A stretch of DNA of 63,406 nt, filler included, from Phoronis australis (GCA_002633005.1; 3 parts of 3 records of this genome joined end to end with filler, not necessarily neighbours in it), one strand, 5' to 3'. Positions 1 to 12,749 are shown, numbered from the whole stretch's first letter. The notes: generated by a model from the letters alone, not told the origin. Made by a program: numbers and translations.

Positions 1-717
1 CACCCATGGGTAACAGTCACTGCCATACTGGCATGGACCAAATTAATGCACCCATGGGTAACAGTCACTGCCATACTGGCATGGACCAAATTAATGCACC
101 CATGGGTAACAGTCACTGCCATACTGGCATGGACCAAATTAATGCACCCATGGGTAACAGTCACTGCCATACTGGCATGGACCAAATTAATGCACCCATG
201 GGTAACAGTCACTGCCATACTGGCATGGACCAAATTAATGCACCCATGGGTAACAGTCACTGCCATACTGGCATGGACCAAATTAATGCACCCATGGGTA
301 ACAGTCACTGCCATACTGGCATGGACCAAATTAATGCACCCATGGGTAACAGTCACTGCCATACTGGCATGGACCAAATTAATGCACCCATGGGTAACAG
401 TCACTGCCATACTGGCATGGACCAAATTAATGCACCCATGGGTAACAGTCACTGCCATACTGGCATGGACCAAATTAATGCACCCATGGGTAAAAGTCAC
501 TGCCATACTGGCATGGACCAAATTAATGCACCCATGGGTAACAGTCACTGCCATACTGGCATGGACCAAATTAATACACCCATGGGTAACAGTCACTGCC
601 ATAGTGGCATGGACCAAATTAATGCACCCATGGGTAATAGTCACTGCCATACTGGCATGGACCAAAATTAATACACCCATGGGTAACAGTCACTGCCATA
701 CTGGCATGGACCAAATT
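1..717. repeat. 48-bp minisatellite, ~15 near-perfect copies (runs off the window start)
   Basis: Unit CACCCATGGGTAACAGTCACTGCCATACTGGCATGGACCAAATTAATG. Explains the 16-aa periodic ORFs 6..671 and 46..759. Confidence 0.97.
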
Positions 718-2019
718 CTTTCCAGGATGGATAAGGATCTGTATTTTTACGAAAGGTAACATAAAAATGTTTGTTTTCCCTTTTAAGCCAGATGCACTTG
801 AATACAAATTTGTGCATAATTAATTTTCTGGCAATGAAAAACATAAAATTTTAATTTATCTCTTCCCTTTGAAGCACTGAACTGCAAAACTGTATTATTG
901 TGTCACCTTCCAGATTTGTATCTAGTCGTGTTTGTGTTTGAGATGTCTTTTGAAAAGATAACATGACTGTTGGTTGGGTTGAGCCTGAGCAAAATCACAT
1001 CATTGATAACTACCTAAAAATAGTGCTGGTGGAACAGGAGGAACCGAGAGGCTTCTGATGGACAGTCTCACCTTGCACACTCAGTGTCGTGTCAAAGGTC
1101 AACAGTATTGAGGGGCCGGACACTTTGCTAATCTTTGATGAACAGTCCTTTTAAATCGTCCACATTGGTAGAAAGCAAGGAATGTCATTGACATTTTGAC
1201 ACTTTAGAAATTGTTTAAAAACTCTTTGCTTTTACTGATGCAAATTTACACCACTTTTATTAAAAGTACATGTGCACTTTTCAACACCTTGACGTTTTTT
1301 TGCATCCTTGAATATGTGCTTTGGTTTGTGACTTTGTCTAGTGGTTAATTGTATTAGGCTCAGCTCCAACATTACATTACGTGTGTTGTCAACTGGCAAA
1401 TCTGCATAACACGTCACCATCACTCAGTTGTTGGGGTTTGCTCATTCAGAAAGTGAGGTTAATGGGAATGGAACTAGTGCATGTTTTTACACAAATCCAT
1501 GTTTTATCAAGTGCGCAGAAACTCTTCATATACTTGGTCTTGTTTTAAGACAGCTGTGCTGTTCGTAATGTCAACCAAAGTGAATGCTGTCTTTTTGAAG
1601 TCTTGAGCAAAATTGCAACCCTTGTTTAATCAGGAGTGTAACACTTGCTTGCATTATTGTCATTTTGTATGGTGTACTGTATGCAGTTTTGCAGTGGACA
1701 ACACTGTGTTAAGTTGATTCTAAGAGTTACGTGTGGCCATAATTTGACAGATACAAGGCTTGATTTGACTTAGACAATTACAGTTAACATTCACACCAAG
1801 ACAGAATCTTGTTTTTTAATGCACTGATAGTAGCCTCCTTGTGTAAAGCATTTTAATTTGTGGCCACATGTGTGTATAGCATTACTTAATGAAACGTATC
1901 ATTTTGTGCAAACACATTGCTCTGCTCATTGCTCTGTCTTGTTGCTGGCTTGACTGTTGCTGTTGGTTTGCTTCAGTTCTACACCTCCTCCACCAAACAT
2001 TGGTGGACAATCTGGGCTT

Positions 2020-2042
2020 TCTCTCTCTCTCTCTCTCTCTCT
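2020..2042. repeat. (CT)n microsatellite
   Basis: About 11 CT units, read directly. Confidence 0.95.
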
Positions 2043-2130
2043 ACCCGAGCCATCTCTTTGAAAGTTGATCACCATGTCTCCGTGCTTATTGCAAACCTCA
2101 CAAACCATGTCTTTTAAACAACTGTCACTA

Positions 2131-2282
2131 CGGGTTTGGGCTTACTATCAACCGCACGTGTGTGTGGGCTTGCTCTCAATCCTTTGAGTTTGGGCTTACT
2201 GTCAACCTTATGGGTTTGGGCTTACTGTCAACCTTATGGGTTTGGGCTTACTGTCAACCATATGGGTTTGGGCTTACTGTCA
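2131..2282. repeat. 26-bp minisatellite, ~5-6 copies (5' copies degenerate)
   Basis: Unit TGGGTTTGGGCTTACTGTCAACCTTA. Confidence 0.85.
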
Positions 2283-4499
2283 GGTAAGCGGCTTGATGTT
2301 TTTTGTAGTTAGTTCAGTGCTAACTGCGATACCTGTTCTTATAATTCCATTAATCCTATAACTTGCTTAAAATCAAACTCGGGTGATTTTTGTTGTAATT
2401 AAAAATCATTGAAGGTCCAATTTTTGGAAACATTGTTTGTTTATTTCTCTCTCTGTGAAGAACTGATTGTGTGTGGTTTGTGTGAGGAGAAGTTGGTTTT
2501 TCACTGTGCTGTTTCATCCACAACTAACTGGCTCGTAAAATTAATCCAACAAATTAAAGATTCATAGTCTCATTAAATTGTGAATGTTCAAACGAAGTGC
2601 TAATTTACATACAACCCCAGGTCCTCGAATGTGCCAGAAACCATTTGAGAACCTGTTACTTATACAATCTCGCAAAATATAAAAGAGTATGGTTATAATT
2701 GCAATATTTCATCGTGGCAGATGAAGACCAGATGGTGGCCAAGAGTACAAAGAAGGCATGTAATTTCATTTTGCCATCACCTTGGACAATATTCAACATC
2801 ATGCCATTTTCCGTCTCTGGTAGTGCAAATTCTTAGTATTTGCACACACGTCTCGTCCACATTTCTTAGGACGACACTGGAATCCGTGTGAAACTCCCTA
2901 CAACATTGTCATTACGATATGAAAAAAGGCTCACTTTTTATTATTTGTTCATTTCACTATCAAATAACGATTGCGTAATATTTGGTATTTCTGGGTTTTT
3001 TACATGTTTACACTTGCTGTATTCTTTAAAACCCACAATTTAATAATAAATTGTTTCTTTTCCTGATAAAAATTTGTACTCACAGTTCTCCAGGAAGTCA
3101 CTAGGTGGTGCATGCTACATATTTAAATATTCACTATTTTAATGAGACATAGCATTTTTTACCACGGAGTTATCAACATGTGATTAAACCAATGAGAGTG
3201 CAATAAAAGACATTCATCAAATCCCAAAAAAGCTCAAATAACTCCGAGAGTAGTAAGTGGTAGTGAGAAACCAATAACAAATTGCACATAGCCCTTAAGT
3301 AGATCTATTTGCCAAATGTTAAGAGGTTCAGTCCATTGATCGATAAGTTAGAGCTCTGCAAACATTGGATAAGTGGCCGTCATAGCATACAAACCAGATT
3401 CCTCCAACTATTGGCAAGATAAATGTATGTAAAATTAACGTTGATTAGACGAAAAATGCACAAATATGATAGGCCACCAAAGTGCAGCGAGATATAAGTC
3501 AATAAAGGAACAGTTATATGTCCAGTAAATATTGAATATCTCAAGAACAGTAAGTTGTTGTGAGAAATGGATGGCATGATGCAGATTGCACCAGAAAAGG
3601 TCAAATAAGTCAAGGACGTTAAACACCTAGAAAAAAAATCAAATTGCTTACTTCCTATAGTGCTTGAAACGATCTATCTACGGGAAAAAATCAGAAAAAT
3701 CCTATCGGAAGCAGCGGAGCTATGGCTCCGAAAACTAAAAGTGAAAAATAGCCGCTGCAATGTCATCTTGCGTCCGATTTCACCCGAAAACAACAGGCTT
3801 TGAACCATTCACAATTTTTGGTTTGATGTACATTCCACCCTGATTGGATATGAAATGTGATCTTTAGCTTCTGAATAAAGAAAAGAACCAAAAAGTCAGT
3901 TTTTGACAAAGCAAAAGACTTGGAAAGATGTTCATGTCTTCTAGAACTAAAAAAACAATGAAACTAACATTTCTATCTTTCCCACTTTGCCATTCACATA
4001 GCTGGGTCCCATTACCCTTTGTTGCTACATTCAAATGGCTGCGCGCATGTTGGATAGCTGCCCTATTGACGGTCTGATCTTCAGTTTCTACGGCTTTCCC
4101 GTATACCCTCTGGCTGCTCACTCAGGATAGTGCGTCCCTAAGGTAGCATTGAGCCTTCTTCCGTCAGCGAGGTTTATTCGCTGTTTACTTTTTGCTGGTG
4201 TTGTTTTTCTAGTTCAACTAATCAGCACGCCGGGCTTTTATGATACATTGTTCTTGCTTGGCCATCGTTTGCATTCACTGCCTGCTGACATTATTCATTG
4301 ATTCATATTGTGGTAATCTGACCTTTCGTATTTTTATTCAAGTAGTTGTATGAATAACAATAATTACATATCATGTAGTGCCATCCAGCATCCATCCAGC
4401 ATTGGTTGCTGTATCATATAGTGCCATCCAGCATCCATCCAGCATCCATCCAGCATTAGTTGCTGTATTTCCTACACCCCTCACATGGTTGATGTGTAT

Positions 4500-4800
4500 A
4501 CCAGGGTGAACATAACAACAAATGACGACTCTTGGACAGATCTGACCTTCACTGTGCCCCCTAGTAGCCATTATGGATCTGACCTTCACTGTGCCCTCTA
4601 GTGGCCATTTTGGTATTTTTACATTGGTGTCGGTATCTTGATGGGTTTTCTTGAAAATTTGGCAAAAAGGTATCTGTTCAGATCGATATTTTGCCTCTGC
4701 TAGTCGCCATTTTTACTATTTTGGCGTCTGCCTCTTTATCCCCAAAAGCGTTCAAAGAATCCTTACGAAAATTGTCAGATACATTCTTACTGCAATGAGC
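4500..4800 (+). mobile_element. Fragment of the HINE/Helentron-like family seen at 27077-28167
   Basis: Repeated GATC...GTGCCC(C/T)CTAGTGGCCATTTT subrepeats, as in the internal blocks of 27077-28167. Confidence 0.5.
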
Positions 4801-5070
4801 TAGTGTCGCGTGCACAGCTAGTGTCGCGTGCACAGCTGTATCTTCATGCGTACTATCCTAGAAGAGGCACCGCACGCCCAGATTATCTGTTTCAGTTTCC
4901 GGTTAGTGTAGTGTGAGAACACAATGGCCGACCATGATTAGCAGACGATGTACTTGCCAGAAATAACACCAGATAATTTGGCCAGGTGTCGCTTTTCTGT
5001 AAGAGCACAGATTTCGTCCATTGAAAGTATACGGTGTCTATGTTTTTACTGATTATTCTCATTGTATACC

Positions 5071-8000
5071 CAGTGTTCTCCACGACCAGTTTTGACTCGA
5101 TGCAGCTATGAGTTTAAATTTGGAGAATTCGCATAGAGTTTGCAAAGTGCTGCGCCAAGTTAAAACTTTGACTGGCGTGGCACTTTTGCCCTCAGAATCT
5201 AAAATGAGGGTGAATTAGTTAACATTAACTACAGTTCCTACTTTAATACATATATGACCTAATTTTTGTATTAATAGAGTGTAAAATATTGCTAAAAAAA
5301 TCTGAAATTCTTTTTCTAACATACCGGTAATTTTATGGTGTCAGCTGCCTTACCTTAATAATTGAGTAGCCAGCAATATTATTTTAACTTTAAAATTCTT
5401 CACTTAAACCTGTAAATTAACAATTTCATGTGCTTAATTTAAAGGATTTTGATTTTGACTGACATCTGGTGGTGAATTAGAACTTATTCAACTGGACAAC
5501 AGGTGTCACTAAAAACTAGGTCACACCGTTAGTACCGTAATCGTTCGGGTTAACGCCCTGGGCGGTTAAATTGGCAAATCCAAAAAATCAGGGGAGGGCG
5601 ATTAACTGAGCAGTGGGCGGTTAAATCGAAAATCTACCTAAAGTAGGGGATGAGCGGTTAACCGAACATGGGCGCTTATTACGACAGACAACCGCCCTGG
5701 GCGGTTAATTTTACCTGGCGATCTAAATCCCGACACGACAATCATACTCGGAACGCGTAGCCCTTTTCAAAGAGCTTTATCGTGACGTCGCCAAATGACT
5801 GTGAAAACGTCATAACAGCGGATGATCCAAACAAAGGTTCTCTTGCCCTCAGATTAGTCATTCACTAGTAAATTTACAAAATTGCTGAGTAATAGCCCCG
5901 TGCCGATGGTCATTGCCTACGTGCCGTCCTGCAGTGCGGAGACGACCAGTCACCACGCAGCCTCCACTACACTAGAATTAAAACTGTTTCAAGATGTGAC
6001 TCTGCTTAAGTGCGCGCGTGCAAGCTTCACGTGTTGCAGAGGTCAGACATCAAATTTATGGTTACAGTCTCGTACTATATGTAGCTGTCAAGTTCTGAGT
6101 CAGAGAGCAGTTTTAAAATTGGTTGTAATAAAAGTTTGAAAAACTTAACTCTGCTGTTTTTTTTGTGTTTGGGATGTTATAGTCGACACTCCGTGAATAC
6201 AATGACATTTTCAGCGTATGGTTCTGCGGCTAGCTGTCTTATCTCGACAGCCCGGCATTGCTCTCTTGCCGTTGCGCCAAACATGCTATGCAAAGAAGTA
6301 AGACAAGGATCGGGGGTGGTCGAGCCAGACGTTGATCAAGAATAAAATTTCAAGCAACTGCATAAATATGTTACAAAATGTCAGAAAACAGCAATGTTTC
6401 AATTCATTATTCTAAACGATCACCTTACCAAACTTCGTAGTGGAAAAACATTTATTTTTCATGCAAGATCGGATGTCCAGATTATCCTATTTATATCACT
6501 TATAATGTCACACTGCGGCACTGTTCGGTCCCGCTGTTATTGCGCATTGTCTCAGTCGGCTGACAATCGTGACTTAGAAATGCCGTCAAGTTATATAACG
6601 GCCTCTTTCAATATGCATCTCGTTTTTCGTGGCCAAAGATAGTGGCGGTATTCAGCACGCACGTAGGGCCTACGTGTGAGTCACCTGTCAATCACATGTT
6701 GGTGTCAAGGTAACATGCACTCCAAAGTGTGGGAACTTGCGCACGTGCACCACTACAAATCGGTCACACATAGCGACAGTCCGACGAAGTAACAAAAACG
6801 GGCGTGACTATGTACTTTTAAGCTGTTGTTACGAAAGACCCAGTTCTTTACGATATTCCTCCGTTGCCAATGTTCCCCAAAACTGCGATGTCAAGTCTAT
6901 TCCTATATTTCCCGGCTCGATGCTCCCTAAGCCCATCCCTGTAACTAGCTGCGTGAATCTCCTACCCCAGCCACTATCGTCAAGCAGTCTACGTCGTAGA
7001 TATTTCAGACTCGAATGGTAAGAATTTTTGTTCAGGCTGAAAATGGCCAATGTATAAACAAACTTATTCTGGATGGCTAAAAAGGGGATGTGGAAACGAT
7101 AATTCACACAGTCACGCTTTTTTGTGGGGGCTGATGCAAGAAATAGTAAAGAACAGCCAGCGACATTGCTAACCAGTTTGACTGAGATGCAGTAAGCAAA
7201 AAACAAAATTTGACTAGCCGTTTTCTATTACTTCAAGATCATACACAAACGTACATTATTGCCAACGTTTGAATTCAGAAATCGACAGGCAGCAACGAAA
7301 TCGGTAACCCAGTAAGGCACTTGTACTGTCCCTTCGGTCGCCCCACATCCTCTATAACCCGGCAGTTATTTTCATCAAAATATTGAGAATTTGACATCTT
7401 TCCGTGAGTTGTGAGATTTATTCAAAATAGGAGAGCTTCCCACATTAATAGAATTTGGAGGGTTGGCAAAACCATTGTCACATTTCTCTGGCCTGATTTT
7501 TTTCGAATATATGTTTTATCTAGTGCACTGCAGACGGAAACTCAGCGCGGCAGACAAAGTCGCTTAAAGCGGAGGTTTTGACCCCGGTGGCGTTCTTAAA
7601 CTTTGCAAACAAGGGAAGAAAATAAAGTGACAAAAAGGTTCGAGTATTATGTTTTGAAGTGAGTTCATGACCCAAGACAATAACTCGTTACCTGTATTGT
7701 AATTCAGATTGCTAAACCACCGTCTCGGAGTCCCGGCGTCGTTGCACTCATTGCGATCATCGATCTTTTTCTAAAAGTCCGGGAATCGCGCGTTTCCTTA
7801 GCACTAGGCGCTAAATCTTCATTCTTTAAAAGTTGGGGATGGGCGCTTAACCGAGAGGTGGGCGCTTTACTGGAAATCTTCAAAAATCGCAGGGGGGCGC
7901 TTAACTGAGCAGTGGGCGGTTAAATCGAAAATCCACTTAAAGTCGGGGATGGGCGTTTAACTGAGCATGGGCGTTAACCCGAATGATTACGGTAGTACTA

Positions 8001-8278
8001 AATAAGTAGAATTGATACTAGAATTGACATTTTTATTATTAAAGGAACTTATAACCTTTAGTTTGATTTTCTGAGTCTGTCATAAATGCTTTGGAGGACT
8101 TATGGTGAAAAGTTTGTAGGAAAGTCAAAAAGTAGGTCACACCAGTTATGTGTACACTTTTTTAAAAGTTTAAAAAATGTATATAAATACACATTGACCA
8201 TGTTTATAAGGAAAGAACAGTGTTAACTATTAAAAAAAATTTGCATTAAGTTTGGAATTTTTGTTATGGTGAACACTG
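5071..8278. mobile_element. Non-autonomous hAT-like element (~750 bp core) with 5-bp TSD, interrupted by 5535-7992
   Basis: TIR CAGTGTTCTCCA...TGGTGAACACTG; flanks ATACC/ATAGC (4/5 match). Segments 5071-5532 and 7995-8278 are colinear with 18658-19432. Confidence 0.85.
5535..7992. mobile_element. Non-autonomous Tc1/mariner (Tc2-type, CCGTA ends) element, 2.46 kb
   Basis: 24-bp TIR CCGTAATC(G/A)TTCGGGTTAACGCCC, TA TSD on both sides, clusters of GGGCG(G/C)TTAA subterminal repeats. Confidence 0.9.
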
Positions 8279-9474
8279 ATAGCGCATCCATATAATCTTG
8301 TTTAGGTGTTGGCGTATATAATCTTTATTAGCATATTTCGTTACTGTATTTTGGATTTGGACAATTGTATGATTTACACAAATTCTGAAATAAAGGGTAT
8401 TCTACTTTATGAACTCAAGGAAAATGTCACACATTTCTTTGTTGGCAAAACAGCCAACATGTGGCATGTTGCCTATTTGTAATTCTTGTTATAGACCAAC
8501 ACAGTCAAGAAAACGAGCCCCTTAGCGAATCGTGTCGTACTTATAACACTAATACAAGGCCCAGGCGTTTCATTGCTTTGATTAGAACGTCACCTGTGGC
8601 AACCTCACATGTAAACCTAAAAGGTGAACAATCAATCATTAGTATGACAGGGAAAACACTGATTTTTCGTTGCAGGTCAGAGGTCAGCTACATCCAGTCT
8701 GCTCATTCTACCCGCTCTGTAAACCTTGCGTTTGCTTTCTCTTCCTCAAAAATGGTCGCCTATGCTGTGTTCGTTACGTTCGTCTTCTTAACTAGTGGTC
8801 TACCTACAACAGTGGTCTTCACTATTCTCGCAATTGTGCGCGTTCTGGAGTTGTCTATGTCTGTATTCCTACCCTTCGCCATTCAGTTCATGGAGGAGGC
8901 TTTGGTCACTATAAGAAGGTTACAGGTTGGTGGCGCTTGAGTCTCCGTGGTTTCTGTAGAAGTGAGATCATAAGATTTGGAGCAGTAACAAAAAGTAGAC
9001 TCGTGTTACTTGTTATTAATATAGCCAATAGGATTCATGTCTGTTTCAATTTGCGACCGTACCAGAATCTACGTACTTTAGCTTGAATACATTTTTATTT
9101 CTGCATCCAATTAGAAAAATTATAGTTAAAGTTTGGGACACAAAATCCTGTTTAGTGCAAGTACTGATTTTCCTTTCCATTTCCCTTAATGCCCAAGTGG
9201 AAAGGGTCAACTATGACTAAAACTGTACTTTGGATGCGACACCGTTGAAGAAATCCTCAGTTAGTACCTTCTCGGTCTTTGTCACATCCTTGAGATTGTA
9301 GTGTGAACTAACTTGGTGTGACGGAGATATTAGGTTGGGAGCACCATGTTTATGTAATGCTGTTGTGCAATATTACTCGACCCTTTCGCCGCCATTAACG
9401 TGTATGTGAAGTGGTGCTCATTATAGTCAGCAGGTGTACTGCGAAATACTGCTGCTATTACTCTTGTTTCTGTT

Positions 9475-9527
9475 GTGCTGCTGCTGTCGTTGCTGCTGTC
9501 GTTGCTGCTGTCGTTGCTGCTGCCGCT
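9475..9527. repeat. 12-bp tandem repeat (GCTGCTGTCGTT) ~4 copies
   Basis: Read directly; gives SSND repeats on the minus strand. Confidence 0.85.
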
Positions 9528-10294
9528 GTTCACACTAGTTTTAGTGTCAGCACAATTCAGCCTTAGTACAGGCTTCCATTCTTGCCATTGCTTCGTCAAA
9601 CTCTGTTCACCAGTCATAGATTTTTGTCCAACAAGGTTCATTTCCAAACTGATTTTTTTCTGGTGCACTAATTGTGTAGCTTCTTTTCATATTGAACTCT
9701 GCCCAGTGCTTAATTAGTTGATAATTACTACGCTTTTCTTACAAGGTGGCTTTGTTACAAGTTACCATCAGCTTCACATCTGGTTGAGTGAGTAGGTGGT
9801 ACTATCACTGCCATGTGACGTAACTAGTACAAAATCTGTCACGTGACCCGTAGTGTGTTTATTAAAGTTAGTGTCTATCAAGTTTTCCAAGTTCAGTTGA
9901 AGTGCTTAAAACAACCAATTTCAAAACTAAAAATCATAAAACAACTTCACCAGTCTATGCCAGTTGTCAACTGAGAACACCCCCAAAACACTATCTGACT
10001 CTATGTTAATTAGCTGATGTCGAGCTACGAGCTTTTATTGGTTGATACATACTACATGTCACAGGCCTAGTCATCCTCTATTATGCTTAGTGTGAAAAAT
10101 CGTCGGAAATTGTTGCTCGGTATTTTGTGGTTTACAGTATAGTAAAGAATGGTGAGGCGATGTGTTTATTGTGGTTGTGACAACTATGTATTTGACCACA
10201 CTGTGACTTTGCTCACTTTTTAGTAAGGCATCAGTGTAACACCAATATGGAACAAGGTAAGTCAAGAAACTTGCCTGTTGGGTGAACGAGTCTG

Positions 10295-11314
10295 TGGAGC
10301 CATAGACTATAGTTGTCTATAATCTATGGTGGAGCCATAGACTATAGTTGTCTATAATCTATGGTGGAGCCATAGACTATAGTTGTCTATAATCTATGGT
10401 GGAGCCATAGACTATAGTTGTCTATAATCTATGGTGGAGCCATAGACTATAGTTGTCTATAATCTATGGTGGAGCCATAGACTATAGTTGTCTATAATCT
10501 ATGGTGGAGCCATAGACTATAGTTGTCTATAATCTATGGTGGAGCCATAGACTATAGTTGTCTATAATCTATGGTGGAGCCATAGACTATAGTTGTCTAT
10601 AATCTATGGTGGAGCCATAGACTATAGTTGTCTATAATCTATGGTGGAGCCATAGACTATAGTTGTCTATAATCTATGGTGGAGCCATAGACTATAGTTG
10701 TCTATAATCTATGGTGGAGCCATAGACTATAGTTGTCTATAATCTATGGTGGAGCCATAGACTATAGTTGTCTATAATCTATGGTGGAGCCATAGACTAT
10801 AGTTGTCTATAATCTATGGTGGAGCCATAGACTATAGTTGTCTATAATCTATGGTGGAGCCATAGACTATAGTTGTCTATAATCTATGGTGGAGCCATAG
10901 ACTATAGTTGTCTATAATCTATGGTGGAGCCATAGACTATAGTTGTCTATAATCTATGGTGGAGCCATAGACTATAGTTGTCTATAATCTATGGTGGAGC
11001 CATAGACTATAGTTGTCTATAATCTATGGTGGAGCCATAGACTATAGTTGTCTATAATCTATGGTGGAGCCATAGACTATAGTTGTCTATAATCTATGGT
11101 GGAGCCATAGACTATAGTTGTCTATAATCTATGGTGGAGCCATAGACTATAGTTGTCTATAATCTATGGTGGAGCCATAGACTATAGTTGTCTATAATCT
11201 ATGGTGGAGCCATAGACTATAGTTGTCTATAATCTATGGTGGAGCCATAGACTATAGTTGTCTATAATCTATGGTGGAGCCATAGACTATAGTTGTCTAT
11301 AATCTATGGTGGAG
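10295..11314. repeat. Perfect 35-bp array: 29 x [TGGAG + 30-bp palindrome CCATAGACTATAGTTGTCTATAATCTATGG] + closing TGGAG
   Basis: Period 35 (1015 bp / 35 = 29). 13-bp arms CCATAGA(C/T)TATAG with one mismatch and a 4-nt loop. No variant unit seen. Confidence 0.97.
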
Positions 11315-12159
11315 CTAGGAAACTTTCAATTGAAGTCGCTTGTCTTCTATTTTCTTGTTTTTTGGGATATTGAATTCACGATTGCGTTATGAAGTGTTGT
11401 AACGAAAGATGCAATGAGGTTGACAATATAGTCACTTGTAAATGGTCAAGGTAAATGGTGATTTTATGCACTTTAGGTCTCTGTGAGTTGTTGCCATGCA
11501 TTTCAAGCGAACCATGTGATCCCAGTAGTATACTGTCTCAAGTGTCTAGCTTCTGTAATTCTCCAAGTGAACCATGTGATGTCACTCACTAATTCTTGAC
11601 TCCATGTTCTCGTCTTCAATTAATTCTGGTCCCCACATTTCACTTAAACTTCGCTCCTTTTCTAGGCCCAGGTGGACCATAGGTGCTCAATGGTCTCGCT
11701 CAAACTTGAATTTCAGGTGAAAGCTATCAAAACGAATGACGTCATGTTAATGTTTTCATTTGTCATTGCAGATTGGAGGGTTGCTTCATGGGGACGTTGC
11801 TTGCCATCGATTCGATCAATTTTGCCTTTACTTTCACCTTTACAAAGCTGGTAGCCCTTACAGTGTTTGCTATGGTCACCGTGGGTGGTGTTAACAGACT
11901 TATTGCACGCATGGTTTTCATTCTCTACCCACTAGTAATGATTCTTGAGGTGACTGTGTCCATTCAGTTTCATGTCGCTCTCCGTATCTTGCTGGAACAA
12001 AATGTATCCATCGCACGATGTCAGGTTGGTGCAAAGTGGTGTGTGATGTCTTACAATTGTTTCTGTTTGGTAGAGGCGTTTTCATCTTTGTTGTCTTGGT
12101 AACAAGGCTAGTCCCATGGGACTTTTTGGGTTTTTTTTCTGGTCACTGAGACACTTGCA

Positions 12160-12720
12160 ATGGTTGTGGAATTAACTGCATTAGGAAGCCATTGACACTT
12201 TTTACCTGTGTCCGTCATAACACTCGCTCCATTTTTACCTTTGACAGCAATATCACTACTTTGGTCAGCCAATATATATACCACAGGAGACTGATCAGTT
12301 GTTTCATTTGGTCTTCTAGTGTTTTACTGATGGCCTCTAGAAACCCACTCATCAGAGTATTTAATGGCAGAATTATGACAAGTTTGAGACCTCCAAATCA
12401 GACAACAATTCTAATATTGACTGAAATTGTAATTAGTTGCAAGGAATCATTTGCCACCCAAAAAGTTGTCTGCAAAACAACGAGCATTGCTTTGTCTTCT
12501 TGGTTTTCAGCTTTTTTTGATGACGGTCTGACACTTTGATTTCTTGCTTGGGTCAAAACAGCTGCCTTATGGCCACTGGTCTTCATCAAATAGTCTGTAT
12601 AAACCATGTAAGTTGTTTAGCTTAACAGTGTGGTGCTTTCATTCCATCTTCATTTGCTTTGGACGATGCGTTGTTTGTGGTTTCCAGCTGGTCACTTCAC
12701 ATAATTTATACTGTATTATG
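12160..12720 (-). pseudogene. hAT transposase fragment (ZNF862-like), frameshifted and internally deleted
   Basis: Minus-strand segments TSGHKAAV...AMLVVLQTTFWVAND, FLEAISKTLEDQMK, QSPVVYILADQSSDIAV (first catalytic D motif) and NGASVMT (DGAxVM motif). Confidence 0.75.
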
Positions 12721-12749
12721 AAGTAGGACGTCCAAACGAAAGTCGAGTG

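Larger units (their letters stand above)
4830..8560 (-). pseudogene. Decayed OTU-like cysteine protease coding remnant, split by insertion 5071-8278
   Basis: Minus-strand translation DTIR*GARFLDCV...FLEFIK*N...IIWMRY continues in frame as TMRII...QKSDTWPNYLVLFLA...PLLG*YA*RYS once the insert and one TSD copy are removed. This resembles the OTU DGxCFFxxV, GTW and LGY...HYxS motifs. Multiple stops. Confidence 0.4.

Noticed and set aside
6-759. Long ORFs of 221 and 237 aa
   Set aside because: By-products of a 48-bp repeat lacking stops in those frames; no independent coding evidence.
10295-11314. CRISPR-like array of palindromic repeats
   Set aside because: Spacers are an invariant 5-mer, there are no cas genes, and the context is eukaryotic.
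8461-12539. Hydrophobic plus-strand ORFs resembling membrane proteins (8461..8940, 9475..9717, 11773..12102, 12192..12539)
   Set aside because: Antisense shadows of A-rich decayed minus-strand coding sequence.
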